Below are positions 61,391 to 64,000 of a stretch of 64,000 bases of DNA, piece after piece. The DNA is from Octopus vulgaris. Lineage: Eukaryota. Both the position numbers and the translations under genes were made by a program. The DNA lies in assembly GCA_951406725.2 (NCBI GenBank), contig OX597837.1, positions 1,426,001 to 1,490,000 of the forward strand. Direction: 5' to 3'. The notes under the pieces were generated by a model. The model was not told where the DNA came from, did not search any database, and saw only the letters and a list, made by a program, of their open reading frames with translations. Position 1 is the first letter of the stretch, and every line of letters starts with the position of its first letter.

Positions 61391-61959
61391 ATCACAAAAC
61401 TCTCTTATTCTGCAATATGTCTGAGATAATATCTGGCGACGAAGTAAGAGAATAGTCAGCGGGCGGCACAAAATACTTAATACGTAGCATCTATTTGCAG
61501 CTTTAAGATATGAGAAAAATCCTGGGCTCGATTCTTTCGACTATATTTCTTCAAGGCGGTGCCCCAACAGGGCCGCAGTCTAAAGACTGAAACAAATAAG
61601 AACATGAGAAAATATACACATATTTTTGATTACTTTCGTGTCTTTACTTCGTTACGAGCTAAAAGTTGCACATCTCTTGAAAAATAGTTTAATGACGCAC
61701 AAAAAAACAACCCTTATTTCATGCCAACCAATCAACGTTTGCTATGATATTGCAACAATATTCTTGTATACCAAATATATATATAAAACATTATTGTTCT
61801 ATTTTTCTTGATCGTCCGAAGATCGGTACGAAGGCATTCAGGGTTGTGATTCATGAATTTTCATTTTCCAAACGATTATGTGTGTCTGTGTATGTATTTA
61901 TACTTAGATTTATGTGTGTAGACATTTACACAAATGCATACACAAATGAACATATGGAA

Positions 61960-61997
<38 letters not shown>

Positions 61998-63195
61998 GCA
62001 TACACACATAATTTAGTTTTACAAACAGCTGCTAGTAATGAATACAGAGGTTAAAGACAATCACATTCAAAGCAGATGCACAAAGGCATAAACAGCACAC
62101 AGGATTGCATACATACACGCATATGCGTGTGTATTCATGTATACATACGCATACATCATATATATATATATATATACATACATATATATCTACATATATA
62201 TATACACACACATATATGTTATTACTGAAATCAATATGAGGTATAACAAGATGCATTTAAAAGCCCCAAACCTATAATTCCGGGCATGTTTCGTTTCTGA
62301 GTCATTGCATCCAGATCGAATTATTTTCTATACCCGATTTCTATTTTTATCTACACTAAAATGCTGTTACCTATCTACATGTACACCAACATACACATGC
62401 GCATAGACACATGCATGTGTGTGTATATGTGTATATGCATACCTATTTGTGTGTATGTATGTATGTATGTATGTATATATATATATATATATATGCGTCT
62501 TTTTCTTTACTTTTCTACCCACATATATATATATATATACACGCACAACCACGAACATACGCAATTATTTCACTATATAATATCTTTCACTTTCACACAC
62601 ACTCACACACACACTCACGCATATATATATATATATATATTGTGTGTGTGGTTATGTATGGGTAGCTATATTGTGTTCGCTCATACACAGAAACCCCCCT
62701 CACACACACACATATATATTTATATACACACGTTTCATTCTAGACGTACGTCTAAAGGTGGAAAATAATTTTAAACGTATCCCTTTCGTGCTGAAGCCTT
62801 ACAAAAAGTAAGTATAATACAATTAAAATAGAATAGGAATAATATATATATAAATATAAACAAAAGAGACAAGCCATCAGTCACCAGTCACCATTGACTG
62901 ATCAATGATATCGGAATGATTACGATTGATTGTAAACCAAACTAAAAAAAAAAGCAAAATGAATGCCAGCGTTCCCTAAAACAAATATTTAAATATTGTG
63001 TGAGCTTAGTAATTTATGCATAGGTAACCTAGAGTGAAGACATTATTCAACGGAAAACCCATTTCCTTAGTAAGGAATTTATTATTATTATTATTGTTAT
63101 TATTATTATTATTATTTCTTTTTTTTTCTTCTTTCAAATTTGCTTCCATTTCTTGCCGAGTGTCTTCCCGACTCCTATTATTATTATTATTATTA

Positions 63196-63236
<41 letters not shown>

Positions 63237-63333
63237 TGAAAGGCTGATATTCTAATCTTAGCAATTTAGAATTGCATTTTGTCTTTTATCTGTTTTAGTA
63301 GCTTGTTTCAGTTATATCTTTTATTTTGTATAT

Positions 63334-63409
<76 letters not shown>

Positions 63410-63524
63410 CCTGTCTGTGTCTGTTTATCTATGTAGCTCTCTGTCTGTCTATTTAGCTATTTATTTTACACGCTCCTCTCGGCTGAACTATTACTTATCC
63501 ATCTTTGTATCTCTGCCTCTCCTC

Positions 63525-63564
<40 letters not shown>

Positions 63565-63568
63565 CATG

Positions 63569-63599
<31 letters not shown>

Positions 63600-63672
63600 A
63601 ACATCAGCCTGTATATTTCAGGCTGATAAATAATTGTATGTATGTGCTATAAACACGCACACACACACACAC

Positions 63673-63723
<51 letters not shown>

Positions 63724-64000
63724 TGCAATAAGCTGTGTGCGCGGGTATATACATTAAGTTGCGTAAATACACATACATTTCAATATTACTGTTTCCCTGC
63801 TTTTAACTCCATTCTCCATTTCAATATTCATCCTTTTTAATCTTCCGTTTTCTTCTTTGCTTTTGCTGCTTTTATTGGGGGTTTTTTTCAATCTATTTTA
63901 TTTCTTTACATTTTTGTCTTTCCTGCTTTGTGTTTTTCTTCTCCAAACTTATTTCAACTCTTCTTTCTTTTTCATTCATTTTTTTAATGCTACTTTCCTT

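Overview
This is AT-rich, microsatellite-saturated eukaryotic DNA. The repeat families and abundant (TA)n, (CA)n, (TATC)n and (TACA)n tracts look like a coleoid cephalopod (Octopus-like) genome; that is an inference, not a database result. I find no host protein-coding exon, and nearly all ORF-track entries are microsatellite translations. Real coding remnants are all from transposons: a 5'-truncated CR1-type LINE RT (2.5-4.0 kb), a DD37D (maT-type) Tc1/mariner transposase (40.0-41.0 kb), a Tx1/L1-like RT relic (35.3-35.9 kb), the 3' end of an R4/Dong-type RLE retroelement (53.9-54.1 kb) and weak Penelope-like relics. Non-autonomous elements include three tRNA-type SINE families, a Helitron, a hAT MITE with TSD and a pogo-like MITE with a triplicated end. 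The most interesting observations are: (1) several unrelated short repeats carry minimal type-I hammerhead-ribozyme folds of the Penelope/retrozyme kind with variant cores, one as a head-to-head inverted pair; (2) a LINE and the main SINE share a 3' tail with a covarying stem-loop; (3) SINEs form head-to-tail arrays and act as landing pads for other elements; (4) short unique islands carry promoter-like motif clusters, including a perfect 13-bp palindrome.
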